A stretch of DNA of 64,000 nucleotides. Source: an uncultured Acidobacteriota bacterium (GTDB taxonomy: Bacteria; Acidobacteriota; Blastocatellia; RBC074). Positions 54,466 through 64,000 of this stretch are shown in pieces. Under the pieces are notes generated by a model that saw only the letters and a program-made list of their open reading frames with translations, searched no databases and was not told where the DNA came from. The position numbers were made by a program, and so were the translations under genes. The stretch is taken from contig CAWCKY010000003.1 in NCBI GenBank assembly GCA_963796275.1, positions 1,152,001 through 1,216,000 of the forward strand. Reading direction: 5' to 3'. Within the stretch, counting starts at the first letter, position 1. Every line of letters begins with the position of its first letter.

Positions 54466-55464
54466 TTACCGGCTGCTGTAATAACCTTTCGCGTGGGAAT
54501 AGACCTCCAGGATAGTGCGGCTCAGTTTCTCCGGATCGTGGCGGACGAAACGTGATTCGGATGAGAGAGGGGAAGAGAGAAACTGAACTCCTTTCAGATC
54601 GGGTGGGACGAAGTCGGGTGGCTCCAGGGCGACCGCATTTTCGGATGCGTAGCGTTCACGCATATCGCTCGAGATCGGGGTAGAGTTGAAGAGGGCATAA
54701 TCGAGTCGAAGCTTCGGAGCATATGAGAGCAGATGCCGGACGTGATCGACGGCAGAAAACCCATCGGTCTCATCGGTTTCGGTCATGGCATTACAAATAT
54801 ATACCTTTTTGGCCCGCGACTCTGCGAGCGCGAGCGATATCTCTTTAACCAGCAGGGAGGCGATGACGCTTGTGAAAAGGGAGCCCGGTCCGAGCGTTAT
54901 GAAGTCGGCCCGGAGGATGGCATCGATCGCGGCGGGAAGCGCCCGAGCGAATGGCGGGGTGAGCGTCAATTCCTGGATTGGCGCGTTCTGCGATTTGATT
55001 GCAACCTGTCCCCGCACATCCCTGCCGTTGATGCGAGCTACCAGATCGACGCGGTCCAGGGTAGAGGGGAGCACGCGCGCATTTATGCCGAGCATCTCAC
55101 GCGCCTGATCTACCGCCTTCAGGAAATCTCCGCTCATCTGATTGAGCGCGAGGATGATGAGATTGCCGAGCGAGTGCCCGCCGAGCGCTCCGTCGCCGGG
55201 AAATCGGTGGCGAAAGAGCGGCGTCATTACCTGTTCTTCATCCGCTAGCGCGACCAGACAGTTGCGAATATCCCCCGGAGGTAAGACTGAGAACTCCCCG
55301 CGCAACCGACCCGAACTTTTACCGTCATCTGTGACAGTGACGATGGCGGTCAGCGAAATTCTCGGATCTGGTTGATTTATATATAACTTCAAACCCTTGA
55401 GCAGTGTGGAAAGACCTGTGCCGCCACCGATGGCGACGATCTTAATCGGGGTGGTTACTGGCAT
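54466..55464 (-). CDS. yvcK: YvcK/GlmR (CofD-like) UDP-GlcNAc-binding protein
   Basis: IGGGTGLS, VTDDGKSSG, PPGDIRN, GHSLGN, GPGSLFTS, RHDP. Confidence 0.92.
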   Translation of the reverse strand: MPVTTPIKIVAIGGGTGLSTLLKGLKLYINQPDPRISLTAIVTVTDDGKSSGRLRGEFSVLPPGDIRNCLVALADEEQVMTPLFRHRFPGDGALGGHSLGNLIILALNQMSGDFLKAVDQAREMLGINARVLPSTLDRVDLVARINGRDVRGQVAIKSQNAPIQELTLTPPFARALPAAIDAILRADFITLGPGSLFTSVIASLLVKEISLALAESRAKKVYICNAMTETDETDGFSAVDHVRHLLSYAPKLRLDYALFNSTPISSDMRERYASENAVALEPPDFVPPDLKGVQFLSSPLSSESRFVRHDPEKLSRTILEVYSHAKGYYSSR

Positions 55465-55901
55465 ATAAACTACTCTCTTCGCTCACGTATCGATAGATTC
55501 TGCTCGAGGCCAATTACGGTCCGGCTCAGTCTGCCTCACATTTTGAGGAACCGTCAAGTTCCTATCCATATTTTAATGGATAGCCAAATTTTATCAATTA
55601 TTAGGTGAAAATAATGCTACTGTGGAAAATTTTTGTGCACAGAAAATGCAGGGAATGTGTATATTCACGTTCAAAGCGTATCAGAGCGTTCGAGGGGAGA
55701 GTCTACTTTCCAAGTAGCACCTAATATTAGGATTTTGGGTGAGTAGATTAAAAACATAAAAAAGCATACAATACAGCAGACAAAAATTGCTTTAAATAAA
55801 ACGCTTTAAGTTAAGACAAAAAACAAAACAAACAAAAAATCAGGATGAAAAATCAAGTATAAAATCAAGCATAAGGATAGAGGAAAGGGGGAAAGACGGA
55901 G

Positions 55902-56165
55902 ATGATGAAGATTTCGAGCGACACATTGAAGTTAGTCCACAGGCTGCCTAAGAAGAAGAGGGAGAAGGTCGATGCAATTGTGCGGCGTCATGTAGCTGCG
56001 TGTCAAAAGAACGGCTTTCTTCCCGAAAATATGGAGCGAGTCTATATAGAGGCAGTCGAGATGGTTGATCTGGAGGAGCGCTTTCCGGAGCCCACGGCGG
56101 AAGAGATTCGAGATTGGGAACCGGTTCGTCGCTATGATCAATATGTAAGTCCCAAGGCCGCGTAA
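55902..56165 (+). CDS. Small hypothetical protein (87 aa)
   Basis: GGAG RBS, protein-like composition, hairpin at 56194-56224 after the stop. Confidence 0.75.
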   Translation: MMKISSDTLKLVHRLPKKKREKVDAIVRRHVAACQKNGFLPENMERVYIEAVEMVDLEERFPEPTAEEIRDWEPVRRYDQYVSPKAA

Positions 56166-56373
56166 TCTAGAGGTATCGGCTTTAACCATCAACCCGGGGA
56201 TGTGTTCCTCAAACGCATCTCCGGTTAATCTCGCAAATAAACGACCCCACTTCGTTCCTGTTTTCGCTGGGATAATTAATAATCGAGCATACGACATTCA
56301 AAAGATGATGCGAGTAGCCCGGTATAATCCGCGCTCTCGGATTTCGTTCGTTTACCTAAAAGGAGTTCAAGAG

Positions 56374-59191
56374 GTGAAAAGACAGCTATTAATATTAGCC
56401 GGGCTCGCCCTGTTTTTTTGCGGTATCATCGGTTTGAAAAATCGTCTGGCCAGCACCAGCGCGCAGTCTCCAACCACCGAAGTACTGGTGGCGCAGTTGC
56501 AGGTACCTAACAATTCAAACCTAATCCGCATCCGCAGCGTGAGTGACGACGGCAAGCGCGTGGTATTCGAAACACCATTCAACTACAACGGCGGCAACGG
56601 TGACGGCAACAACGAGATTTGGTTTAAGGATATAGATTCACAAGACATAATTCAGATCACAAATACGACTGATTTCACAGATGCGAGCGGTATCAATATT
56701 AATGTCGAGAACCGTACTCCGGTGATCAGCGGCAACGGAAACAGAATTGCATTCGCATCAAACGCACCCTCTCTCGACACGACGAGCACAAACAACACGG
56801 GCAATTTTGAAATATATATTTATGATTTTGCCACCGCTAGCACGCCAGCGACATTCACGCGTATCACTAACACGGGTGTAGAAACTGGATCTGAGAACTT
56901 GAGAGGGATAATTACCAATTTTAATGCGAGCATCAGTGATGATGGCAACGTGATAGCATTTGAAACGACTCGTCAGACTTTTAACGGGATTAATGGTTTT
57001 TCGGAGCTCGTTGCTAATAACCCTGATCGCAACGTCGAGCTTATGGTCGCAGACATGAGGTCGACGCCGAGGCGGTATGTGCAGGTGACTGCTTCGAATT
57101 TGGCCGACCGGCCTCCGACTTTCTTTGTCGAAGGTTTCAATCGGAACCCCCGGCTCAGCGGCAACGGTGAGGCATTGGTATTCATCTCGGATTATAACTA
57201 CGATAGCAATAAGAATAGCGACTGGAACGAGGAGTTCTATTACTACAGGCTAGCTGACAACAGCATGTTACAGCTTACCCAGACGACCAGTCCGAATAAT
57301 ACCTATAAAGCAGTGGTTCCAATCTTCGATCCGCTTACTAATACTTTTTCTATCAATGTAGCTGCTGCGACCAATATACTCGAGCCCTCTTCCAGACCAA
57401 TCAACCGCGATGGGACGCGGGTGGTCATCGAATCGTCCGGGAACCTGACTGGGGGTAATCCTTTCAAAGCGCGTCAGATTCTGGGTCTGCACCATCAATC
57501 CCATTGCCCGGACTGTAGATATCACCCAGATTACCAACCAAACAGTTTCTGCAATACCGACACAGGATGAGCTGCGTCGAATAGACCATACCTTCCGGCC
57601 GAGTATAAATTCAACGGGAACATCCATCAGTTTCAACTCGACGCAAAATTTAGTTCCGACCAGTCCGAGCGACATCAATACCGACAACGGCGATAGCAGT
57701 TCGGAGGTGTTCTCATACGATACTCTCACCGGGATTTATCGCCAGCTCACCTTCACCGCGCCATCACTCTCATTCCTGGATCAACGTCTCAACAAGACAT
57801 CATCGTTTATATCTGACGTATCTGCCATTGGTGATACAACGGTATCTTTCAATTATGTCACGCAATCGATTCTGCCCAACTCGACCAACGTGATTGACCT
57901 TTATCAGGCGATCGTTCGGCCGATCACCAACGCCAACATTCCAGGAACCGCGATCGGCAATGCCGCGAATTTCGACACGAACCAGATCGCTCGTGGATCT
58001 CGCGCCGTCACACTCGGCACGCAGATCGCCAATGCGACTCCCGCCGACGGACAACTACCCTACATACTGAACGGTGTGTCAGTACGAGTAGGCCAGGTGG
58101 CCGCGCGAATCTCGTCGATATCGGGGGGACGAGTCACGATAGTTCTGCCGAATGGGCTGACGAATGGCGTTCTTGGTTTCTCTATCAACGATAACGGAGT
58201 GCAATACACTGGTAATGTAATAATCGTCGATGCTTCTCCGGGCATATTTCTCGACATAAACGCCGCCACCGATTGTTATGAGGCGGCTATCGGCAACTAC
58301 TATGAGGCTCCCTGCGCGACCAACAACACACTTCTGGTCATCTACGGTACCGGATGGCGTAATGCGCCAAGCAGTACACAGGTCAGAATAGGCAGTATGA
58401 CTTTGACGCCCTCTTTCAGCGGGGCGGGTGGGGCGTTATACGATCAGATAAACCTTGTTATACCGGCTGAAGTCGCCGGAATGACCTTGGACGTTTCTGT
58501 ACTGATTGCGGGAACCACTATTGAAAGCAACAAACTGAGCGTTCCCTTCCAGGGGGCCCCTACGGCCCTCGCGATTGATAGCATAGTTTGTTATGAGCCG
58601 GCGACCGGTGGTTATTATAACCTCCCGTGTGCGACGAATAACAGCGCAATAATGGTGATATATGGCAGGGGATGGCGCAATGCGGCGAGCACCCAGGTCA
58701 GATTCGGCGGTACAATAGTGAACTCGATCTGGAGCGGCGCAGCAACGGCCACTCTTGATCAGGTCAATGTAAGTATTCCTCCTGCGGTTACCGGTATGAC
58801 GGTAGATGTGTCAGTATTGATTACAGGTACCAGTGTTGAGAGCAATAGAGTGAGCGTCCCGTTCCAGGGGGCTCCTTCAGCTCTCACTATATTGGATAAT
58901 GGCATTGTTTGTTATGAACAGGGATCTGGTCGTTACTACAACGCACCCTGCGCCGCGAATAACAGCGCCATTCTGATTATCTATGGTACGGGATGGCGTA
59001 ATGCAGCGAGCCTCCAGGTCAAGTATGGCGATATAGTAGTGAACCCTCTCTGGAGCGGTAGGGGGTCCCCAACTATAGATCAGGTGAACGTACCGATACC
59101 GACTCAGGTCGCCGGGACGATTGCCAATGTCTCCTTGATAATTCCCAATACTGCCATTGAGAGCAATAGGGTTGGCGTCCCGTTCCAATAG
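56374..59191 (+). CDS. Secreted TolB/PD40-like beta-propeller + TIGR03437-type domain with three tandem C-terminal modules (frameshift near 57479)
   Basis: GTG start after AGGAG; SDDGKRVVF, SGNGNRIAF, SDDGNVIAF blades; NAANF...LNGVSV...SPGIF; 3x CYE...PC...IYGxGWRNA...DQxN...ESN. Confidence 0.85.
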
Positions 59192-59266
59192 TATCGATGG
59201 GATGCAAACAGGGCTGATTGGATCAGTCGTTGCGCTCAGGAAGAGATTGCAGTTCTAGAATGCGAT

Positions 59267-59324
59267 AATGCGAAGGCGCAAAGCAAAATATGACTTTCAT
59301 ATATGTGCTTTGCGCCTTCACATT
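59267..59324. terminator. Hairpin between convergent genes
   Basis: GAAGGCGCAAAGCA ... TGCTTTGCGCCTTC with inner ATATGA/TCATAT. Confidence 0.6.
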
Positions 59325-59492
59325 TTAGCGATAATAGAAATGTGCTGTGCCGAAATAATGCAGGTTGCCCATCAAATCGATCGCTCAATGATGCCCTGAC
59401 AAGATGCGCAAACAAGATGCTGACAAACTCAGAAATGCCTCTTATCAGATTATCAGAAGATACTCGCCGGTCTTCTTATCCGCTAGCTTCTT

Positions 59493-61601
59493 CTATTTCG
59501 TTGCCGTCATTCCGCCCGGCTTGAGCCACTGATCGAACCAGTCGAGCACCGTCTTGAACCACAACTCGCTATTCTGAGGTTTCAGAATCCAATGGCCTTC
59601 GTCCGGGTAGTATAAAAGCTTCGATGGCACGTCGCGCCGTTGTAATACGGTGAAGAGTTGAAGTCCCTCGCCTATCGGAACTCGGTAATCGAGCTCTCCG
59701 TGAATGACCAGGGTCGGCGTCTTGAAGTTTTTGGCAAAACGATGCGGCGACCATTTCGCATAGAGCTCCGGATTATCCCATGGGGTTCCCTTGAACTCCC
59801 ATTCGGTGAACCATAACTCTTCGGTTGCTCCATGCATACTGGTCAGATTGAATACGCCGGCGTGTGACACCAGCGCTTTGAAGCGGTCCGTGTGGCCCAT
59901 CATCCAGTTGACCATATATCCGCCATAGGAGCCGCCTGCTGCCCCCAGTCGAGCCGGATCGATATAACCCTGCTTGATCACGTAATCGACCCCTTTCATC
60001 AAATCCTCGTAGACGGCGCCTCCCCAATCGCCGCTGATCTGTTCCGTGAATGCCTGGCCATATCCCGTCGACCCGTGCGGATTGATGAGCACTGCTACGT
60101 AGCCGCGGGCTGCCCACATCTGCGCGTTCCATCGGTAGCCCCAATTATCGAGCCATGCGCCCTGGGGGCCGCCATGAATCAGGAGAGCCATGGGATATTT
60201 TTTCGATTTGTCGAACTGCGGAGGTTTGACGATGAAGCCGTGAACCTTGGCTTTCAACGCTCCTGCATACTCGAAGTCTTCTGCCCCATTGAGGTCGAGT
60301 CGTGCCATCAATTCGCTATTGGTTCGGGTGAGCTGAGTCACGGAGCTGCCGTCGGCATTAGCTTTAAAAACCTCGGTCGGCGTGGCCAGGCTCGATCGCG
60401 TGAACGCGAGCGTTTTGCCATCGCCTGATATCGTAATGCCGTTGCTGGCCGTTTTTTCGATAATCGGCTTGATGACTTGGTTCCCACTCTTGCTCCCGCC
60501 GTTCTCGCTAATTGATGCGATGCCGATCAATTCCCGCCCGCGATCTTCGGCGACGATATATATTTTCTGGCTATCGGGCGCCCAGAGAAATTCGCCGACC
60601 CAGCGATCGAATCCCGCCGTAATATCTTGTGATGCGCCGGTCTTGCGATCGTAGAGCATGAGACGGACGCGATCCGCTTCATAACCGTTGCGTAACTGAG
60701 AGCGATATGCAATCCATCGCCCGTCGGGTGAATAGCGAGGCGTTGTATCGGAACCGGTATTATTGCCGGTGATTCGTTTGGCTTCGCCTCCGCTGGCCGG
60801 GACGATGAAGAGATCGTTGTTGGTGCTGACGGCTTCGCCCTTTTCGATGTTGCGCGCGAAGACAATCTCCTGCGAGTCGGGCGAAAAATCGTAGGCCGTC
60901 GGGTCGCCCAGTGAGAAAGGCGGCACATCATAATCGCCCGGCGTCAGGTCGCGCGGATCGCCGCCGTCGACGGGAACGACGAAGAGATGCGAGCGTTTGC
61001 CTCGTTTGAAGGAATTCCAGTGGCGAAAGAGTAATCGATCGGCGATCACCGCTTTCACCTTATTATTTTCGGATGCCTCGGCTTTATCGGCTATGCATTT
61101 CATGTCCCGGCATTCAGGATAGACCTCAGTCGTGAACGCAAACACCTTCCCATCCGGTGACCAGATGAAATCGGCCACCCCCTCGGGCACGTTTGTGGCT
61201 TTTCGCGCGTTGTCACCACCGGCGGCATTGGTAAGAAGTGATTGTGTCTCGGCAATGTAAATCTGGGGCGCGCCATCGCGCGACGAGATGTATGCCAGAT
61301 ACTTGCCATTGCGTGACCAGCGAGGGGTGTCATTATTACCGGTTGAAGTTATACAGCGCGGTTGCGCATCACCCGCCCCCGCAATAATGCATACGCTGCG
61401 TTTCCCTCTGTTCGCATTTTTATCGATGTCGCTGACTATATATGCGACGTATTTGCCGTCAGGCGAAATCTGGGCATCGGCCAAACGCTTGATCGAGATC
61501 AGATCATCGAACGACATGGGGCGCTTCGTTTGCGCAAGCGCGATCGGGACCAGCGTTGTTGTGAGAAGGATGAGCGTGGCAATTTTTAGCGCCGACTTCA
61601 T
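59493..61601 (-). CDS. S9 family peptidase (dipeptidyl/acylaminoacyl peptidase)
   Basis: Signal peptide, SPDG propeller repeats, IHGGP, GGSYGG, HGELDYRV, PDEGH. Confidence 0.95.
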   Translation of the reverse strand: MKSALKIATLILLTTTLVPIALAQTKRPMSFDDLISIKRLADAQISPDGKYVAYIVSDIDKNANRGKRSVCIIAGAGDAQPRCITSTGNNDTPRWSRNGKYLAYISSRDGAPQIYIAETQSLLTNAAGGDNARKATNVPEGVADFIWSPDGKVFAFTTEVYPECRDMKCIADKAEASENNKVKAVIADRLLFRHWNSFKRGKRSHLFVVPVDGGDPRDLTPGDYDVPPFSLGDPTAYDFSPDSQEIVFARNIEKGEAVSTNNDLFIVPASGGEAKRITGNNTGSDTTPRYSPDGRWIAYRSQLRNGYEADRVRLMLYDRKTGASQDITAGFDRWVGEFLWAPDSQKIYIVAEDRGRELIGIASISENGGSKSGNQVIKPIIEKTASNGITISGDGKTLAFTRSSLATPTEVFKANADGSSVTQLTRTNSELMARLDLNGAEDFEYAGALKAKVHGFIVKPPQFDKSKKYPMALLIHGGPQGAWLDNWGYRWNAQMWAARGYVAVLINPHGSTGYGQAFTEQISGDWGGAVYEDLMKGVDYVIKQGYIDPARLGAAGGSYGGYMVNWMMGHTDRFKALVSHAGVFNLTSMHGATEELWFTEWEFKGTPWDNPELYAKWSPHRFAKNFKTPTLVIHGELDYRVPIGEGLQLFTVLQRRDVPSKLLYYPDEGHWILKPQNSELWFKTVLDWFDQWLKPGGMTATK

Positions 61602-61634
61602 ATGTACCTCCGTGGCAAAGTCATAATCCGGTGT

Positions 61635-63076
61635 TTAAGGAGTTGGTTCAGAACGTGTTATTATTCGGGGGCTGCCATTACTTTCGACCGTATATTCCAT
61701 TTGAATAGCAGAATTACTGTTACATTCCTGACAAGGTTCATCGTTACGGGTGATAATTCCATTTAATGTCGGGTCGGAATATAAAAACCTGAGCGCATAT
61801 GGGAATCCATAATCCAAGCCATGTGGGAACTTATTGTTATTATCGTCTCTGGCATATCGCAAAATGAAAGTCGTTGACGGTTTTACTCTGACATGTTGTT
61901 CCATGATTTGATTCAAGACGAGCATGTTCGTTTTTTCCATCATCATCCATTCGTAACTGTCCTTCGCCATCGAAATGAAATATCCGGTAACTATTAGAAC
62001 GATCGGGACAAATGCCGCGGGTGCGAAAAACGAAGGCTTTTTCGAGGCTGTTTCTTGAAGCGAACGTGCGGTCGCTCCGAGAAGCAGGGCAGCAGAGATT
62101 CCCGGCAGATAGGTGTAGATTCCTGTACTGTAATTTACCAGGATAATCGGCGCAAGAGTAACAGCAAAAAGAACGCTCGCGAGGATAAGATCGTACCTGG
62201 TTATTAGATCTAGGCGCGGACGGTATCCCAGCATAAAACGCGAGATGGCCATGGCAAGCGCGAGTACAGCTAACAGGCCGAATGTCCGCCATACGTATCG
62301 ATATATGTGCTTGAGCAATTGCCCTAAATCCAGGCAATAACCATAACCCGTGCAGCTAAATGTTACTCCGACCGCTCCAGAATTAGCTCTGAGGATGAAA
62401 TAGGCGCAGAGCACGACCGTGATCGCCACGAACAATCCCAGAATCGCGCGGGTCTCCCGGGGGCTCGATTTCTCCGCTTGTTTTTGATGAAGCAATACGA
62501 GAGCGATTGCGATGATCACCATCACACCGCTCTCTTTGGAGAAGATAGCGAGCGCGGCGAACGCAATCGTCAGGACAGCAGCCGGTAACTTATGGATCTC
62601 GGTTTTTACGAACCATGAGGCGGCCAGCATCGACAATAAGTAAAATAGGGTTACCAGCAGATGCGCTCGTGTGCCGGAGAACATAACCGCGCTAACATTG
62701 GCAGGATAGAGAAGCGAATATCCGATTGCCGCCCAACGGGCCGCTATGTGCGAATTCCATAGTCTTCTTGCAAGGTAATATATCGCTACGATGTTGGCCA
62801 GATGAAGAATTAGATTGGTCACCGCAAATGCAAATGGATCGTATCCCCACAGGTTCCAGTCAAACCTGTACGGAGCCATGCTACCGGAGCATAGAAAGCT
62901 CCACCCTGAATACTCGTCAATCCGGATAGCAAGGAATAATGGGCAACGGAATAAAGATGATCGAAATCATCCTGCATAAAGCCGCGGCCGGTTATCGGTA
63001 AAAAAAGAGCGGCGCTAAATGCGGCAACAAGAAACGGGTGAAATCTCACAGAAAACAATTTCCTGTACCTCGTCAT
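61635..63076 (-). CDS. GT-C/PMT-like polytopic membrane protein (frameshift near 62880)
   Basis: FMQDDF luminal motif, FYAP, NLILHLAN, FSKESG, many TM helices. Confidence 0.75.
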
Positions 63077-64000
63077 CTATTTCACACCTAATAACCTGAG
63101 CGCCGCGCTCCTGAACACTCGCCGCCTGCCGTTCGAATTCTCGGGGAGGAAGAGCCAAGTCAGTATCCCGATCGACTTCGGTAAATTCTTACCATGAATC
63201 TCGCCCGGTTTCGGCGGGAAGAACCTGGCGATGGCTTCGCGCGGTTTTTCGCGCAATTGATCGACCATCGCTATCTGATGCACGCAGGAGACCGTGCAGT
63301 AGGGGGCACACGATTTTACGGTCCCGTTCTCTCGCGCGAGGTCTGTTCGTGAGTAATCTGAGAGCGGGATACCCGGATGCCCGCGTTGTTGTGAGCAATA
63401 ATGGACCAGCCCGTCTTCGCAAATATACAAATAACGGCTGCCGGCGCGACAATGCCATTCGTTGGGAAGACCGCGGACGAGGTTTTGCTGAAACTGATTG
63501 AAGTAAGAGAAATTGAAGAAGGACTTTTTACCGAGCGCGAGAATCTCGTCGTAGATTTCGCGCTGTCGTCCGCTGAGCGGTTGGAGTTGCCCGTTAAAAT
63601 CATGGATTACCCCGACGGTGCTCGTAAAACCCGACTCCAATGCGCGCTTCGTCACTATCAACGCATCTTCAGGTCTTTTGATGGAACTGCCGAGCACTGA
63701 ATTGACGGTCAGATTGAATTCGGCGTGGGCTGCGAGCGAGACCAATTTCTGATCCAACACCTTCAGACTCTTTTTGGAAACGTCGTCGGGAATTACGTTA
63801 TCGATGCTTATCTGAAGATAATCCAGCCCCGCGTCATTCAGCTTTTCGATACGCTCGGTGGTCAGCAGATATCCGTTAGTGATAAGCGTTGCCAGGATGC
63901 CGTGGCTGCGGATGCGTCGGATGATTTCATCGAGGCCGGGGTGAAGCAGGGGTTCGCCGCCGCTGAGCGTGATTGCCGTTGTGCCGAGCGCCGCGAGTTT
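63077..64000 (-). CDS. Radical SAM protein (5' partial)
   Basis: Frame open to the window end: [21 protein letters not shown]; C-terminal CRAG...YC...CAPYCTVSC Cys cluster. Confidence 0.9.
   Translation of the reverse strand, partial: KLAALGTTAITLSGGEPLLHPGLDEIIRRIRSHGILATLITNGYLLTTERIEKLNDAGLDYLQISIDNVIPDDVSKKSLKVLDQKLVSLAAHAEFNLTVNSVLGSSIKRPEDALIVTKRALESGFTSTVGVIHDFNGQLQPLSGRQREIYDEILALGKKSFFNFSYFNQFQQNLVRGLPNEWHCRAGSRYLYICEDGLVHYCSQQRGHPGIPLSDYSRTDLARENGTVKSCAPYCTVSCVHQIAMVDQLREKPREAIARFFPPKPGEIHGKNLPKSIGILTWLFLPENSNGRRRVFRSAALRLLGVK

Noticed and set aside
56200-56373. N-terminal extension of the propeller protein in the ORF track
   Set aside because: It overlaps a terminator-like hairpin; the RBS and signal peptide point to GTG at 56374

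Overview
Bacterial genomic window, most likely from an Acidobacteriota (Blastocatellia-like) genome. This is inferred from a TIGR03437-type secreted protein, a SusD-less TonB receptor and the zf-HC2/FecR ECF operon. It looks like a long-read assembly with many single-base indels, since even glmS is frameshifted. About 0-15 kb is an accessory patchwork of gene fragments around an intact pair of AAA_35/STAND ATPases: a wHTH-ATPase and an ATPase-TM-WD40x15 protein with position-specific repeat hypervariability. Phased 10-bp operator-like arrays flank the wHTH gene, and a frameshifted caspase-like His/Cys protein plus an ankyrin protein follow. About 15-40 kb holds an ECF/FecR/ABC operon, ydbST-like genes, a 1286-aa orphan membrane protein, threonine dehydratase, an oxidoreductase, a PIG-L deacetylase, cardiolipin synthase, an EEP hydrolase, glmS and glmU. 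About 40-54 kb is a glucuronoxylan utilization locus (GH10, GH3, a divergent glucarate-dehydratase-like enzyme, GH67, TonB receptor, ROK regulator). The last 10 kb hold yvcK/glmR, a small protein with an A-rich leader, a secreted repeat protein, an S9 peptidase, a GT-C-like membrane protein and a partial radical SAM gene. Intergenic spaces repeatedly carry hairpins built from 7-bp tandem repeats. No rRNA, tRNA, CRISPR array, transposase, integrase or reverse transcriptase was seen. All family calls come from motif recognition, not database searches.
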